A DNA stretch of 64,000 nucleotides, taken from contig JBITNC010000001.1 in NCBI GenBank assembly GCA_050084985.1, positions 135,036,001 to 135,100,000 on the forward strand, written 5' to 3'. Position numbers and translations under genes: made by a program. This document shows, piece by piece, positions 35,265 through 48,310 of this stretch (the first letter of the stretch is position 1; every line of letters starts with the position of its first letter). The notes under the pieces were generated by a model. It worked only from the letters and a program-made list of their open reading frames with translations. It had not been told where the DNA came from and did not search any database. Origin of the DNA: Nageia nagi (taxonomy: Eukaryota > Plantae > Pinophyta).

Positions 35265-37111
35265 GAATGGCATCATTCATTTTATTGCAAGGTATGAAAT
35301 CCATCATATTAATAAAAATGTATGAAATGCATCATATTAATAAAATCTATCAACAATAATGAAAATAAAGATATTATGTTTTTGAGTTCTTGGTAGCTTA
35401 ATAATGAAATCCATGCTCATATTTTCCTAAGTTCTCTCTAATATAGACAATGCTTGATACGATTCAATGTGTTAAAACCATCTTTTAACACATTCATAAA
35501 CTCAATAATTTGGAATAATTTTATTTACATCTACACTTATACTATATCAATAGTAACTCTCATAAAGTTATCTCATTATTTTAACTAGCTTAAAGTATCT
35601 AGTAGACCTACATTATATTTAATTCATAATAGGTTTTATAGTTTTAGGATCCATTCACAAACCTTCTTGGTAAATGAAAAAGTTTAAGTACACTAACTCC
35701 ATAAAAATGCATTTTTTAAGTTTAACAATAATGTTTCTTCCTTTAATCTTTGTGAAGTTAATCTTAAATGTACTAAATGGTCTTTTTTGCTTTTACTAAA
35801 TACTAAGATATAATTAAAATAAATAACTAAAAACTTACCAAGAAGACTTCAATACTTTAAGAGCTCATACAATCCATTTTTCATAGAACAATACACTTTG
35901 GCAATAATAGTCTAGGAGGTTAATATCTGTAGAGCGCTTATGAAATAATAGAATTCCTAAGTAGCTCTACCAAATTCTTTTCTTGGAGAATTATTGGACC
36001 ATATAATGTCTCAAAATAGCTTTTCTAATTACTATTAACAATATTTGAAAGGCACCTAGTAAGAAAAGTAATAATTATGGGTTGTTGTGAACATCTTAGA
36101 ATAAATTTTGAATTTACCTTCTAAAGAGATATTTTTGAAGACCCAATAAAAGAGATTGTATTCAACTCTTTTAATGACATAAATACACAATTCAAAGGGA
36201 GAGCTCTAACATACAAAAGACATTATTATAAAATTTAACATCTTTTGTACTCCAATTCATTTTCATTAGAAATGAAAGAGCCACTCTAGAAGAGGTAAAT
36301 AAAACTATCTATGGTAGAGAATATTACATCATTATATGATGGAATCATTAGCTTAATAAAATATGGATAACCATTTAATTACCTATTTGAAAGATGCTTC
36401 ATCCTCAATTAAGGTGAGGAAGGAGTCATATGCAAAGGGAATAGTGAGTAGTTAAACCTTGTTATTAAGAAGGTATATTCCTTTGACTACTCCATTAGAT
36501 ATGTAACATATATTTAAAGAGGTGGCTAAAGCCTCCAATTGTAAGCACATATAGAGAATGTTCTACAGGTTAACTCTATCTTATTGAAAAATTAACTCTA
36601 TCTTCTCAAACTAATATTTGTTTATGGTAAGAATAATAAACAAATTAATAGATAATAATTGTACTAAATTAACAAATCTATTATCATATACCAAAGCTTT
36701 AAGACATTCTAGTATGAAAAATAATTCAATTTTATCATAAGATTTCTCAAAGTTAATCTCAAAAAATAAGGTAAGTTGATTAGACTAACAATTTGATTTC
36801 ATACTTTTCTATATAGTTATAATACTTTTCTTTAATATAATTGTAGTGGATGAAATATATCTACATTATTGAATAATAAAATGTTGAATTTGATAAATTT
36901 TGAAAGCTAGATCTTTCAAAATTATCTTATAATAAATATAAAGCGATAATATTATTCTTGAATTTGATATAAGCTTTGGATATATAAATTTATGAATGAA
37001 TTTGATGTCCCCTTCATTGATAAGGGGGGTAGAGTTCTAATAGGCAAGGCTTCTTGATAAGCAGGGTATGAATCAAAGTTAGTCTAATCCCAAATTATTT
37101 TATAGAATCTA

Positions 37112-40100
37112 TGTTGAAATATGACACTGACCATGTGGTATTTCTAAGTTATCTAAATAAATTATCCCTTATTTTGTGATTGTAGAATATTTCAATTTCT
37201 AATAGTAGGAATTTAATGTCAATAGGAATATATCAGTTGTTATAGCTTTGGATTGTTACTATTACTTGTAACAGCTTAGATTCTTTAGGTTTTTATTGTT
37301 AGATTATATAACTGATATTGTATTGCATTTGTACAACCAATATAAGTGTGTAACACAAATTCAAGGGAAAAAATCTATTTTTCTAGCCTATTGTATTTTC
37401 TTGTATTGTGTAATTCAGATTTTACAAAACATCTAAATAGCTTAATTTGAGACATTGTATCTTTTAATATAAAACTCCCTTTCTTCTGAAACTTGAATAG
37501 TTTATAGACCTTACTAAGTTATCCAAGTTGTATAAATTTTATGCAATTATAATTAGCTTAAGTGCTTCATTTTCACCTCTAAAAAAATTATTTATCTATT
37601 CTATTCAGATTTTGATGCTCCCTACCCAAACTTTGGTGCTCTTGTCCAAAATCTATTGCTTGTAAACTTGAAGATCAATCTTTTATATTTTTACAATTTG
37701 GGATACCCATTATCAAGTTGTTTCTAATCATATTTATTTATCTCATATTGGCCTCATTTGGTCTTAGATATCATATCTCTAGTGCTCATTATTTTGAGCT
37801 ATTATGATTATGTTATATTATATTAAACTTTATTTAGTAATATAGCAAGTCTGGTTGGAGGATTAGAGTCACCTATGTGGGTATTTGCAATAATTTATTA
37901 AATTATTTTTTGATATTTTTGTAAGTATTTCATCCTTATTTTTGGTATAATGGCTAACAATAGTAACTCATTACCAATCCATAAGTGTGATGAAGACCTT
38001 CTTATAGAGAAGGAAATGGATGAGCCTTAGTGGGATATTGATCTAAAGGTTATGGAAACTAAATAAATGTAGGTTGTGAGTCTCATGCATGGTGAAGACC
38101 ACTCAATCAGCAAAAATGTTAGTGCAGTTGATGAGAAAGCATTCTTATCTATGAGTAATGAAGAAATTCCCAATGGGAAAGGACAAGATAATGGTCAAGT
38201 AAAAGGTCATATTTCTAGAAGAAGAGAACCAAAAGTGATGGTGCATTTGGTGGAGTAAGAGATAAAGTTGATAAGAGGAATATTCATTGTTACCATTGTA
38301 TCAAGTATGGGTATTTTGAAAGAGCATGCAAACTAAATGGTGTAAATGATGGAAAGGCAACAAACTATGTCAATGGAGGATTTTTAATCAAATTAATTAT
38401 AATCATATAATAAGGTTAATAATAATATATAAGAGATTTGGATTCTTGATATAGAGTCTTCCAATCATATGATTGGAAAAGGGGGGTTATTTCATTCCAT
38501 GGATCATTATTTCAGATCTAACATCAAACTTGAAGATGAAAAGTGTTTGGAGATGGTTTCCAAAGGTGTAATGGAGGTGAAAACCAAAGAATGTAAGAAG
38601 AATTTTCATGATATTTATTACACATCATATTTGAATTATAATTTGTTGATTGTAGGGAAGATGATGGAAAAGAACTACAAGATAGTTTTTGAGGATAGGT
38701 AATGTGTGATATATGATATGAATCATGGGAATATAATTAGTACTACTATTCCTATGACCAACAATAGGAACTTATTTCCTTTGAGATTTGAAGGAAAAGG
38801 GGGTAGGCTTGCTAATATGGATATCAAAAGTAAGAGTTGGTTGTGGCATATCAGGTATGATCATTTGAATTTTGCAAGTTTGAGGCTTCTAACATATCAA
38901 GATATGGTTTATGATTTTTCAAAGATGGAGGAGCATAAAACTTTTTGTGAGAGGTGTGCATTAGGAAAGCATGCTAGAAAAAGTTTTCCTAAAGGGAAAG
39001 CATGGAGGGCCTCATACCCACTTTAATTAGTCCATTCTAATATTTGTGGGCCTATGAAAACCAAGAGCTTGGGTAAGGATATTTATTTTTTTACTTTTAT
39101 TGAAGATTATTTAAAAATGTGTTTGATTCACTTTTTGAAACATAAGGATAAAATATTTTTTTATTTTAAAAATTTTAAGAATATTATTGAGAATTAGAGT
39201 GGTTGCAACCTTAAATATTTAAGGACTGACCATGGTGGGGACTTTTTCTCTAATAATTTCCTTTAATTTTGTACAGATAATTGCTTTAAAAGGTAGCTCA
39301 TTAGAATGGAGTAGTGAAAAGGAAGAAAAGGACTATTGTAAAGATGAACCAAGGGATTGAGTAATATGTATTATTTTGATGTAGTCTAAACAATAATCTA
39401 TATTTTGAATAAGAGCCCCACTAATAACTTGGAGAGCATAACTCCTTATGAGGCTTAGTATGAAAAGAAGACCAATGTTAACCACTTCAAAGTTTTTGAA
39501 TATTTGTCTTATGTATATTTGATTGATGAACTTAGGAAGAATCTTGATCCTAAGAGTGAAGCATGCATTTTTATTTGTTATTGAAAGAATTCTAAGGCCT
39601 ATAAGCTATATGACCCAAAAACTCATAAAGTGGTGGTTTGTAAAGATGTGATTTTTGATGACTTAGGGGGAGTATATGGTCATAAAAAACTATTTATTAA
39701 TGATGGAAGCAGTGGTGGAAGTTCACAAAGTGTGCAACCTAGCCTACAAATTATCTAGCCAAGTCAACCAACCAGCCCTTCAAATAGTCCCAAACAAAGC
39801 ACTTCGAGTCCCTCTTCAAGTGATGGTTCTCCAAACATCTTTTCAGATGTTATGAAGATAAAAAGGGAGAAAAAGAATTCAAAATGCATCCTCCTTCTCA
39901 AGTTTTAGATAATAATTTTCATAGGAGACTTACTAGAGGTCAAGATCAAGAAATTGACCAAGTTAGTCATAAAATTGAGAAGATGCACATTTATGATGAT
40001 GAAGATGATTGTGAGCCAAAAGTTGATGTTTTGAAATATGCTTTGATGATTGTTGTTGATTTTGAACCTTATTTTTATGAAAAATCTTGTACTAATGGTG

Positions 40101-42159
40101 TTTGGATGAAAGCTATGAAAGAGGAGATTAATTACATTATGAAGAATGATATTTGGAAGCTTATAGAGATTCCCAAGGGAAAGAAACATGTGGGTTCTAA
40201 GTGGGTATATGAGAATAAGTATAATAGTGATGGTAACATTGAAAAATACAAGGCTAGGCTTTAGGCTAAAGGATTCACACAAAGGTATGAAATTGATTAT
40301 GAAGAAATTTTTGTACCTGTAGCTAGGCAAGAGGCTCTAAGAATGGTTCTTTCCTTGGTTGCTCAAAAGATTTGGACCATACATCATATGGAAGTATAAG
40401 GTTCCTTGTTGAATGGGTACTTGGATGAGTAAGTGTACATATAACAACCTCAAGGTTTTAAGGTTAAAAGTAAGAAAATAATGTGTATAAGTTGCATAAG
40501 GCTTTGTATAGACTTAAGCAAGCCCAAAGGACTTTGTACACCAAAATTGATGGATATTTTTAGCAGAGTGGCTTCAAGAAAAGAAAAAGTGAACCTACTC
40601 TATACTTCAAGAACGAAGGTGATGATATTTTTATTGTTTACTTGTATGTTGATGACTTAATTTGTATGGATAGTAGTTCCAATTTGAATGATAGTTTTAA
40701 GGCTTCCATGATGAGTGTATTTGAAATGAAGGATTTAGTATTGATGCACTATTTCTTCAGCATGGAGGTTCACTAATGAAAAGGATAAATATTTCTTTTT
40801 CAAATCAAGTATGCAAAGGATATATTAAAGAAGTATGATATGGAATGTTACAAACTAGTCCCCACTCCCATTGGGCATGGTAAATTATTATGTAAATATG
40901 ATGGGGTTGAAAAAGTGAATTTGAAAATTTATAGGAGGATTGTTGAGAGCTTGATGTTTCTCACAAATATCAAATAGATATTTCATATGTTATCTCACTT
41001 GTGTCCAGATATATGAGTGAGTCATCTTATTTATATTTTACGATTGCTAAAAGAATTTTGAGGTATATTAAAGTTATTTTTGAATTTGGTATACATTATT
41101 TTCTAGTAAAGATATGGAACTAGTTAGATTCAATGATTTAGATTAGGTCAGTAATTTGGATGATTGAAATTCAACATCATGTAATTATTTTTATCTTAGA
41201 TCTTGACTGATTATATCTTAGAGTTCAAATAAATAAGCATTAATAACTCTATATTCCATCAAGGTTGATTACGTTATAGTAATAACAACTATTACTTAGG
41301 CTTTATTGCTCAGGAAAATATTGAAGGATATAGATGAGAAATAAAATGAACCTACTATCATTTTCTTTGACAAGATGAGTGTTATTTTGTTGGCAAATAA
41401 TCATTTCCACTATAGCAGGTCCAAGCATTTTAACACAAAATATCACTTCATCCATGATATAATGGAAAATAAATAGGTTGAATTAAGATATTAAGATATA
41501 TTTGTAATAGTAGGAATCTGATGTCAGTAGGAATATGTTAGTTGTAATAGCTTTGGATTGTTACTATTACTTGTAATAGCTTAAATTCTTTAGGTTCTTG
41601 TTGTTATATTATGTAACTGATATTATATTACATTTGAACAACTAACAAGAGTGTATAACATGAATTTAAGGTGAAAAATCTATTTTCTCAGCTACTAAGA
41701 TTTTCTTGTATTATGTAATCAAGATTTTACAAAAAGTTTGAGTAACCTACTTTGAGAGATTGTATCTTTTGATATACATTTCATTTTCTCTTAAACCTAG
41801 ATAGTTTATAGAACTTACTAATTTCTCTAATATGTATATATTTTGTATGATATGATTAGTTTAAATGATTTATTTTCACTTTTGAAAATCATGTTTTAGA
41901 ATATTTTGCCCAAATTCTAGTGCTCCCTATCCAAACTCTAGTTCTCGTGTACAAACTCAAATTCTTCTAAACTTGAAGTGCAATATTTGATATTTTTACA
42001 ATTTTAGATACCCATTATTGAGTTCTTTCCAACCATATATTGTTTATCTCATTTTGAACTCATTTGGTCCTTCATATCATTTCTCTAGTGATATGTTTTG
42101 TAACTTTGGTGCTCATGCTTTTGAGCTATTGTGATTTTATTTTTCTATCTTAAAATTCA
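37112..42159 (+). mobile_element. Ty1/copia LTR retrotransposon, degenerate, near full-length
   Basis: LTR homology ~37198-37830 vs ~41503-42159 (3' LTR start and PPT deleted). Motifs: knuckle CYHCIKYGYFERAC, protease WILDIESSNHM, WHIRYDHLNF, CERCALGK, VHSNICGPM, RT KYKARL*AKGFTQ and LYVDDLI, RNase H RSKHFNTKYHFI. Degenerate TSD ATCTA/ATTTG. Confidence 0.93.
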
Positions 42160-43879
42160 ATTTGCATGATAATCTATCAAGAGTACTAAGGAGGTTATTC
42201 TTCACCATTAGAGAGAGTTCCTAGAATAGATTATCTGTGGAGAAAGGCATGTTGAAACTAATTTTTTAATTCTCTAATAAGATAATAAGCATTACTACTA
42301 AATATTATTACAAAGATGTTTCTATGATGGGAGGGATATTAAAAGGAGAAAACTTATTAGTAGTGGTGAACAAAAGCTTATAAGATGATAAGTAGGGACC
42401 CTATTTGATTAAATCAATGATGATACTGAAGATATTTGAAGAACTCCATTAAAATATGATCTCTAATATTAAGCCAAACATATTTGGCTTTAAGTTGAGC
42501 TTAACGAGGCTTATAAATTCTTACAAGCTTCACTTTGTAGTAAATTTGGATTGTATTCTATTACAAGTGAGCTTTGAGATGATAAACCTTAAGCTTGAGA
42601 AAAGCCTTGGCAAGTTTTTATCTTTAAGGTTACATTTAAGTGTCAATGAATCCTTCCAAGTTTCCACTCAAAAATTCATAAAATATTGTTAATCCTTCTC
42701 ATAACATCATTCCACCATTATCCACCCTTGGACTTTGGTAGGTCATAAGATCAAGCACTTTATAAGGTGGTGAATAAAGGTGTTAAGAAATAATTTATAT
42801 TTGAATTATCAAGACTATATTGAAAAATACTTGATATGGAAAAGAATGAAATAATAATAATATATTATTATGTTTGAAATTACCTCCATAAAAGGAGATG
42901 CATGAAAAGGTGAAGGAGTTTTTTTAAAAGAGAATGGCTTGATCACATCACTTTATTACTCTATGATCACCACTTCATTAGTTGGTCTAGGAATACCATA
43001 AGTGGTTTTGAAAAATATTAGGTGAAAAATATGAGTTGGGATATCACAATCCTAACTTATTTTTCTTAAAGCACCATACTTTTCTTTCTTCCATGCTCTA
43101 ATGCATTAGGATATGAATCAATTGTTAATTATTTTTTTAGTTATGTCAAAGCTATCGTATCTAACTTATGTGATAAGTGGTAATAGAAGAGAAATCCAAT
43201 GCCATAAAGTATATATCTTAAGAGTTAGAATTGGTTTATAACCATTAATTACTCTAAAATGTTACCCATCATTATCCATAAAAATCCAAATTGCATGATT
43301 AGATAGGTTGACTTCCTAAGTAATTAAGTAGGAATACCAACACCATAAAAGAAAAAGGATGACATCATCATATCATGAATCATTAGTATCATAAATTTAG
43401 TCATCATGCCAAACAAATTGGTACTTACTTTACAACATAAATCTTGTAACTTTTATTTCTTATAAGAATAAAATATTAACACACCATATTTCTAGTTTAT
43501 ATATGTCAAGCTATGTTAAATCATGTATTATAAATTGAGTTTATAATCCTTCTAATATTCCATGATAAAAAATAATCATGACAAATGACCAAGATGCATA
43601 TATCCTTTATATATTCCTAATATCTTCATCCATGAGAGACTAAAAGGAATTTGAAATAAACTGCTAGTGGTTCTTGCATATGTAGTCAACTTTGCACATT
43701 TCTCATGTGAAGCCTCTTATCTATCCTTTACCAGGCTATAAGAATATTAAACAATATGAAGCATTCTATCCTTTACTAGGCTATAAGAATATTGAACTAT
43801 TCGAAGCATAATTTTTTTAGGAATGATATAATGGAAGGAGAATCTATGGTAAGCTTTTGAGATTCATAAAAGGTAAAGG

Positions 43880-44022
43880 TAAAGTATATAAACTTCTACA
43901 AAAGATCAATCAGCCTATGGGATGACTGTAGTAGGCTATTACATAGCATGTATATCTTGTAGTGGGAATCAAACATGGAACACAACATGCAGCAAGATCA
44001 ATATAACCAACTCAACCAACAA
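43880..44022 (-). mobile_element. SINE-like element, family 2, second copy
   Basis: Minus strand TGGTTGAGTTGGT..TGTTTGATTCCCACTA..AGTCATCCCATA matches 33008-33110. Confidence 0.6.
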
Positions 44023-44199
44023 CCAAGATCGAATCCATTAAACGAAGTGGCATGTGTTTAGTAACAAGAGGATCACTAAGAGGGATAGGAGGGATTTGAC
44101 TTACTAATGGATGATGTGGATTTATAATGAAGAATAGAAGTGATTGTTGTATAAATATTATTTATTTTATAATATGAGAATTAACTATGATGAACTTAA

Positions 44200-45290
44200 A
44201 GGATTCATTGTATTTTATTTTTCTTTAACTACAAATTTTTCACCATAAAATTTGAAAGGATAAAAATTAAAGAGGCGTAGATCAACAAATAAATACAATA
44301 AATCACTATTATCCTTCCAACATCTATTTCCTCCTGAATTTCATTCTCCATTTTCCTTCAAAACATAAAGCCTAACTGGAGATGATTTATTGATACCATG
44401 TTCTAAAAAGCTACTTACAATATTAAAGGGTGATTTGTTGATACCATGTGACCACCTTGTGAAAATACATTTGAAATTCCTGGTACCATGCTAGGAGATT
44501 AAAATAATGAAGATAATTGAAATGTAACTTCAATTTGGGACAACCCATGTTTGAAGATACTATGAAATTTTGGTAGTTTCAACCAATGCTTTAAAATAAA
44601 ACTATTTAAAAAGTTGATAGTTAATTAATTATGTACAATAGATAGCTTAGTAAATTATCATTTCTATTATCAATCTCTAGACCAATAGCAATGTCTTGAA
44701 AGTGTCATGAGGTTGGACTCGAGCTGATTACATCTCGTGGGATTTGTCATGCTATGCATTCTACTAAAATATGCAATGTCATTTCCAAGGCATATGGTTT
44801 TATATCTGATGTTGACACTTGATGGGATTCTTTTAGTTAGTCTACCAGGAATTTGAGATGCCTGAGAGAACTCCTACGTGCATCTTGAATAAGAGGCTAA
44901 TTCAACTTAGATCTTTTAGCATGTATATCATAAGAATAAAATCTGATATAAGTTCATAAAGATTAGCTAAAGGAATAGCTACAAATAATGTTTGAAGCCT
45001 TCAAAATTTTATCCTCAACCCTAAAAATGAGCCTAGGGAAGGGCCTTTAGCAGGACTTCTAATGTTAAACCTAAAATTTTATATTCAATAAATTTGATGT
45101 AGCAATCAACATATTTTGTAAGATTTAACATTAATTGATGAATACAAATTCTAGGCCTTTTTGTCATCACTTCACTGAATTCAATTATTGTATGTGTACA
45201 ACAAAAATTTGTTTTGCATCTACTTAAAACTAATTAAAATAGTGGAATATAATAATTGAAATAAATGTGTAAATCAAGTTTTCATAGTTT
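44200..45290 (+). pseudogene. SCPL module copy D: 5' flank joined directly to intron 1, exon 1 entirely deleted
   Basis: 44200-44862 aligns with 27570-28560, and 44863 onward aligns with the intron from ~29014. Junction ATTTGAGATGCC|TGAGAGAACTCC. Confidence 0.88.
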
Positions 45291-45536
45291 ATCATTATAC
45301 AAGTTCAAGATGCTTTTGCATCAGTTCTTATATTGTAAATTTTGTTTGTGTCAATGTAGTATGTTACATATTTGGCTTCTTAAAAATTTTGTTTATGTCA
45401 AAAATTTTGAAATGTGATCTTAAATATTATTAAACTCATAAATTTTAGTTTTATCTTGATTTTGGTAAAAAATTTGGAGTATATGCTATTGTATAAGAGC
45501 ATTAAGAGGACAAACTTCAAGCTAAATATCGAATCA

Positions 45537-45627
45537 ATTTTTTTTTTGTAACACACACACCCCTACAAGGTTGGAACCTTGAACGTGCCATGAGTCCAAA
45601 GCCCCCACCACACTCACTGGGGCATCT
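45537..45627 (-). mobile_element. Short SINE-like insertion with poly(A) tail
   Basis: GC-richer ~90-bp patch. The minus strand has B-box-like GGTTCCAACCT and ends in TTACAAAAAAAAAA. Confidence 0.4.
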
Positions 45628-45639
45628 AATCATTTTTTG

Positions 45640-47490
45640 ATAAGATACTCTTGTGATAACATCATTATGTCATTATCCATCCTTTGACTCTAGTGGGGGG
45701 TAGAACTAAGTTTTAATTTTCTTCATATGAAACACTTTTATGTGGTGGTGAATAAAGGTGCTAGGGAATAATTTAGATTTGAATTAATGAGACCATTGGG
45801 AAATAGTTTATATAAAACATAATGGGATAATATTCAATAAAAATTATATTTGGAATTACCTCCATAAAAGGAGATGCATGGAAGAGGCATGAAGAGGTTA
45901 AGGAGTTTTTCTTAGAGAGAATGACTTGACCACACTACGTTAGCACTTTATTATCACCATTATGTTATTTGGACTAGGAATACCATAAGTAATTTTGAAA
46001 ACTATTTTGTGAAAAATAAGAGTTGGGATCTTCTAATCCTAACCTATTTTTCATAAATTGCCATGATTTTGTTTATTCCATGCTCTAATTTTTTAGGATA
46101 TAGGTTACCTTATTAATTATTTTTTCAATTATATTGAAGTTGCCACATAGGAATTACATGGTCAGTGGTAATGAAAGTGTAATCCAATACTATAAAGTAC
46201 ATTTATTAAGAGCTTAATTTGGAGTGTAAAATTAATTACTACAAAATGTTGCCCATTAATCTCCATAAAAACTCAAAACACATGATTAAATAGGTTTACT
46301 ACCCAATTTTGAAAGAAAAGGGATACTATTACCCTACCTTGAGTCATGATCAGTATCATAAACTTTATCATCATACCAAATAAATTGGTACATTCTTTAT
46401 AATGAAATCTTATAATATTTATTTCTTATACGAAAAGAATATCAACAGTTGACACCCTGTTTCTATTTTACATACATCAAGTTATGGGGTTGTTAGTCCT
46501 TTAATTCTCCATGATTAAAAAGATCATAAGGAATGATAAATGTGAATATCCACTTTAATATTCCCAATATCTTCATAATCAATGATAGACCAAAAGCTTG
46601 AAATGAAACATAGGCTTTTCTCACATATAAAGTCAACTTTATACTTTTCTCATGTGAAGCTCTTATATATCCTTTATTATGTTATAAGAATATTGAGTTG
46701 CAACAATTAGTTGGAAAGTTGAATATTTCATCATGTGAGACATAGTTTCCTTAAGAGCTTGATATAATAGAAGGGGATTATATGGTAAACCTATAATATT
46801 CATGGGAGTTTGAGTCTATTAGGTAGGATGGCATTAATTAGTTTGAGTTTATTGACAAGGTGACTTAGGAGAGATTCGACTAATTTGTAGGGTGTAAGGA
46901 TTAACAATGAGCGACAAAGGTGTTTGTTGCATAAATATTCTTTATTTTACAATATGAGATTGTAGTCCATTCCTCTTGTACTCCACTACTCATGTATGAA
47001 CATTAGGTTTCCTAAGATAGTGGTTGAGGAGCTTTGAGCTTGAAGTGACCCTCCATAAGAGAGTAATCTTATATCTTATGTATCAATCATTGATAATAAA
47101 AAAAAGTAATAAATAAATTGATATAAACCACTCATTATTGAAAAAAAATGTTAGCTACCTTAAACTCTTTAAGATTTAAAGAAAAATAACTTTCAAAACA
47201 TAAAAATTTATGAAATCAAACAACATAAAACTAAAACATTCAATACAAAGTAGAACCATCATCAATAATATTAATATAATATCGATTCATTATGTTATTA
47301 TTCTGTTGAGATATGAGTTATTAAAAAGTCACATCTATGAAATTAAATTAATGTCTAATTTAAGTCGGTATTTTACAAACAATTTCGTAATTATTACTAC
47401 AATCTGTTTAAATCAATAAATTAATCTGATTAAATCTACGTCACTTAGATAACATTTACTATCTATAATTTATCGTATGTTGTCTCTTGC
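45640..47490 (-). mobile_element. Degenerate L1 (EN plus ORF1 portion), copy D
   Basis: Colinear with 42700-43870 and 26150-27090. Confidence 0.78.
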
Positions 47491-48200
47491 CATTTTCTTT
47501 GAAAGCGTTTCGTCATAACAGTACGTTCTGTAAATTAGCCAGGTTTCAAATACTTGGCACTTTTCACATGAGAAAATGCCTGAGGCATATTTTCATGGAG
47601 TTAAAATCCCCATTAAATTGAACAAAGTTGAGACAAATTAGCATGTAAAGAGCCAAAACCTAGAACCCAAAAATAAGGGCCAAAATCCAGATTCCAAACA
47701 AACAGAAAAGTTGACGATTTAAAATCTTCAAAAATAAGATGCCTGCAGCCAATCGTTTTTAAATTAAGCAAATGGATGACTCATTGGCATCATAAGAACC
47801 TTTAAATGCTAAGGCATGGCTTATATATATCATTCGTGCGAGAATTTAGTTCGAAAGCAAACTTTGCATGGATTTTTTTCCATCGCTGGCCAGAATCTTT
47901 AGATCATAGAATTACATAGTAAATGCTTGGTTTTAAGGAAAGTTATTCGATCTTACTGTAATGGAGTTAGGAGATTCATTGTATTATGTTTTCCTTGACT
48001 ACAGAATTTTGGTAATAAAATTTGGAACGATAAGATTTTAGGAGACGTAGATCAGCGGACAAATACAATAAATTACTGTTTTCCTCCATATCTATGTCCT
48101 GCGTTTTTCTTCAAAACATAAACCTACCTACAGATGATTTATTGATACCATGTTTTAAAAAGCTACTGCCATATTAAAGGGTGACATATTAATACCATGG

Positions 48201-48310
48201 GCTGGTCCAGCTGAGGATTTAGTAGAGAGGCTGCCGGGTCGACCTAAAGTATATTTCAAGCAATATGAACGTTACGTAACCATTGATGAGCCTGCAAATC
48301 TTGAACGAAG
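48201..48310 (+). pseudogene. SCPL exon 1 fragment, copy E (proximal promoter, ATG and signal peptide deleted; internal deletion; donor GT>AT)
   Basis: AGPAEDLVERLPGRPKVYFKQYERYVTIDEPA, then TGAACGAAG|ATTTGCG in place of TGAACGGAG|GTATGCC. Confidence 0.9.

Larger units (their letters stand above)
32780..35858 (-). mobile_element. Gypsy pol fragment, copy C, carrying SINE and TIR-element insertions
   Basis: ORF 32770-32967 (KFTYNNSIDKSIVKSHFQVVY, integrase C-terminus); RT remnant FLGKFLVIYFNYILVFSK near 35800-35845. Confidence 0.82.
35860..44190 (-). mobile_element. Degenerate L1 LINE, copy C (most complete ORF2), split by a Copia insertion
   Basis: PFAYDSFLTLIEDE (~36400-36440) and EN motif NHAIWIFMDNDG*HFRVINGY..YTLWHWISLLLP (~43170-43305). 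The sequence resumes at 42160 after the Copia element. Confidence 0.8.

Noticed and set aside
39905-40330. 141-aa minus-strand ORF
   Set aside because: Antisense to the Copia RT region, with no independent support.
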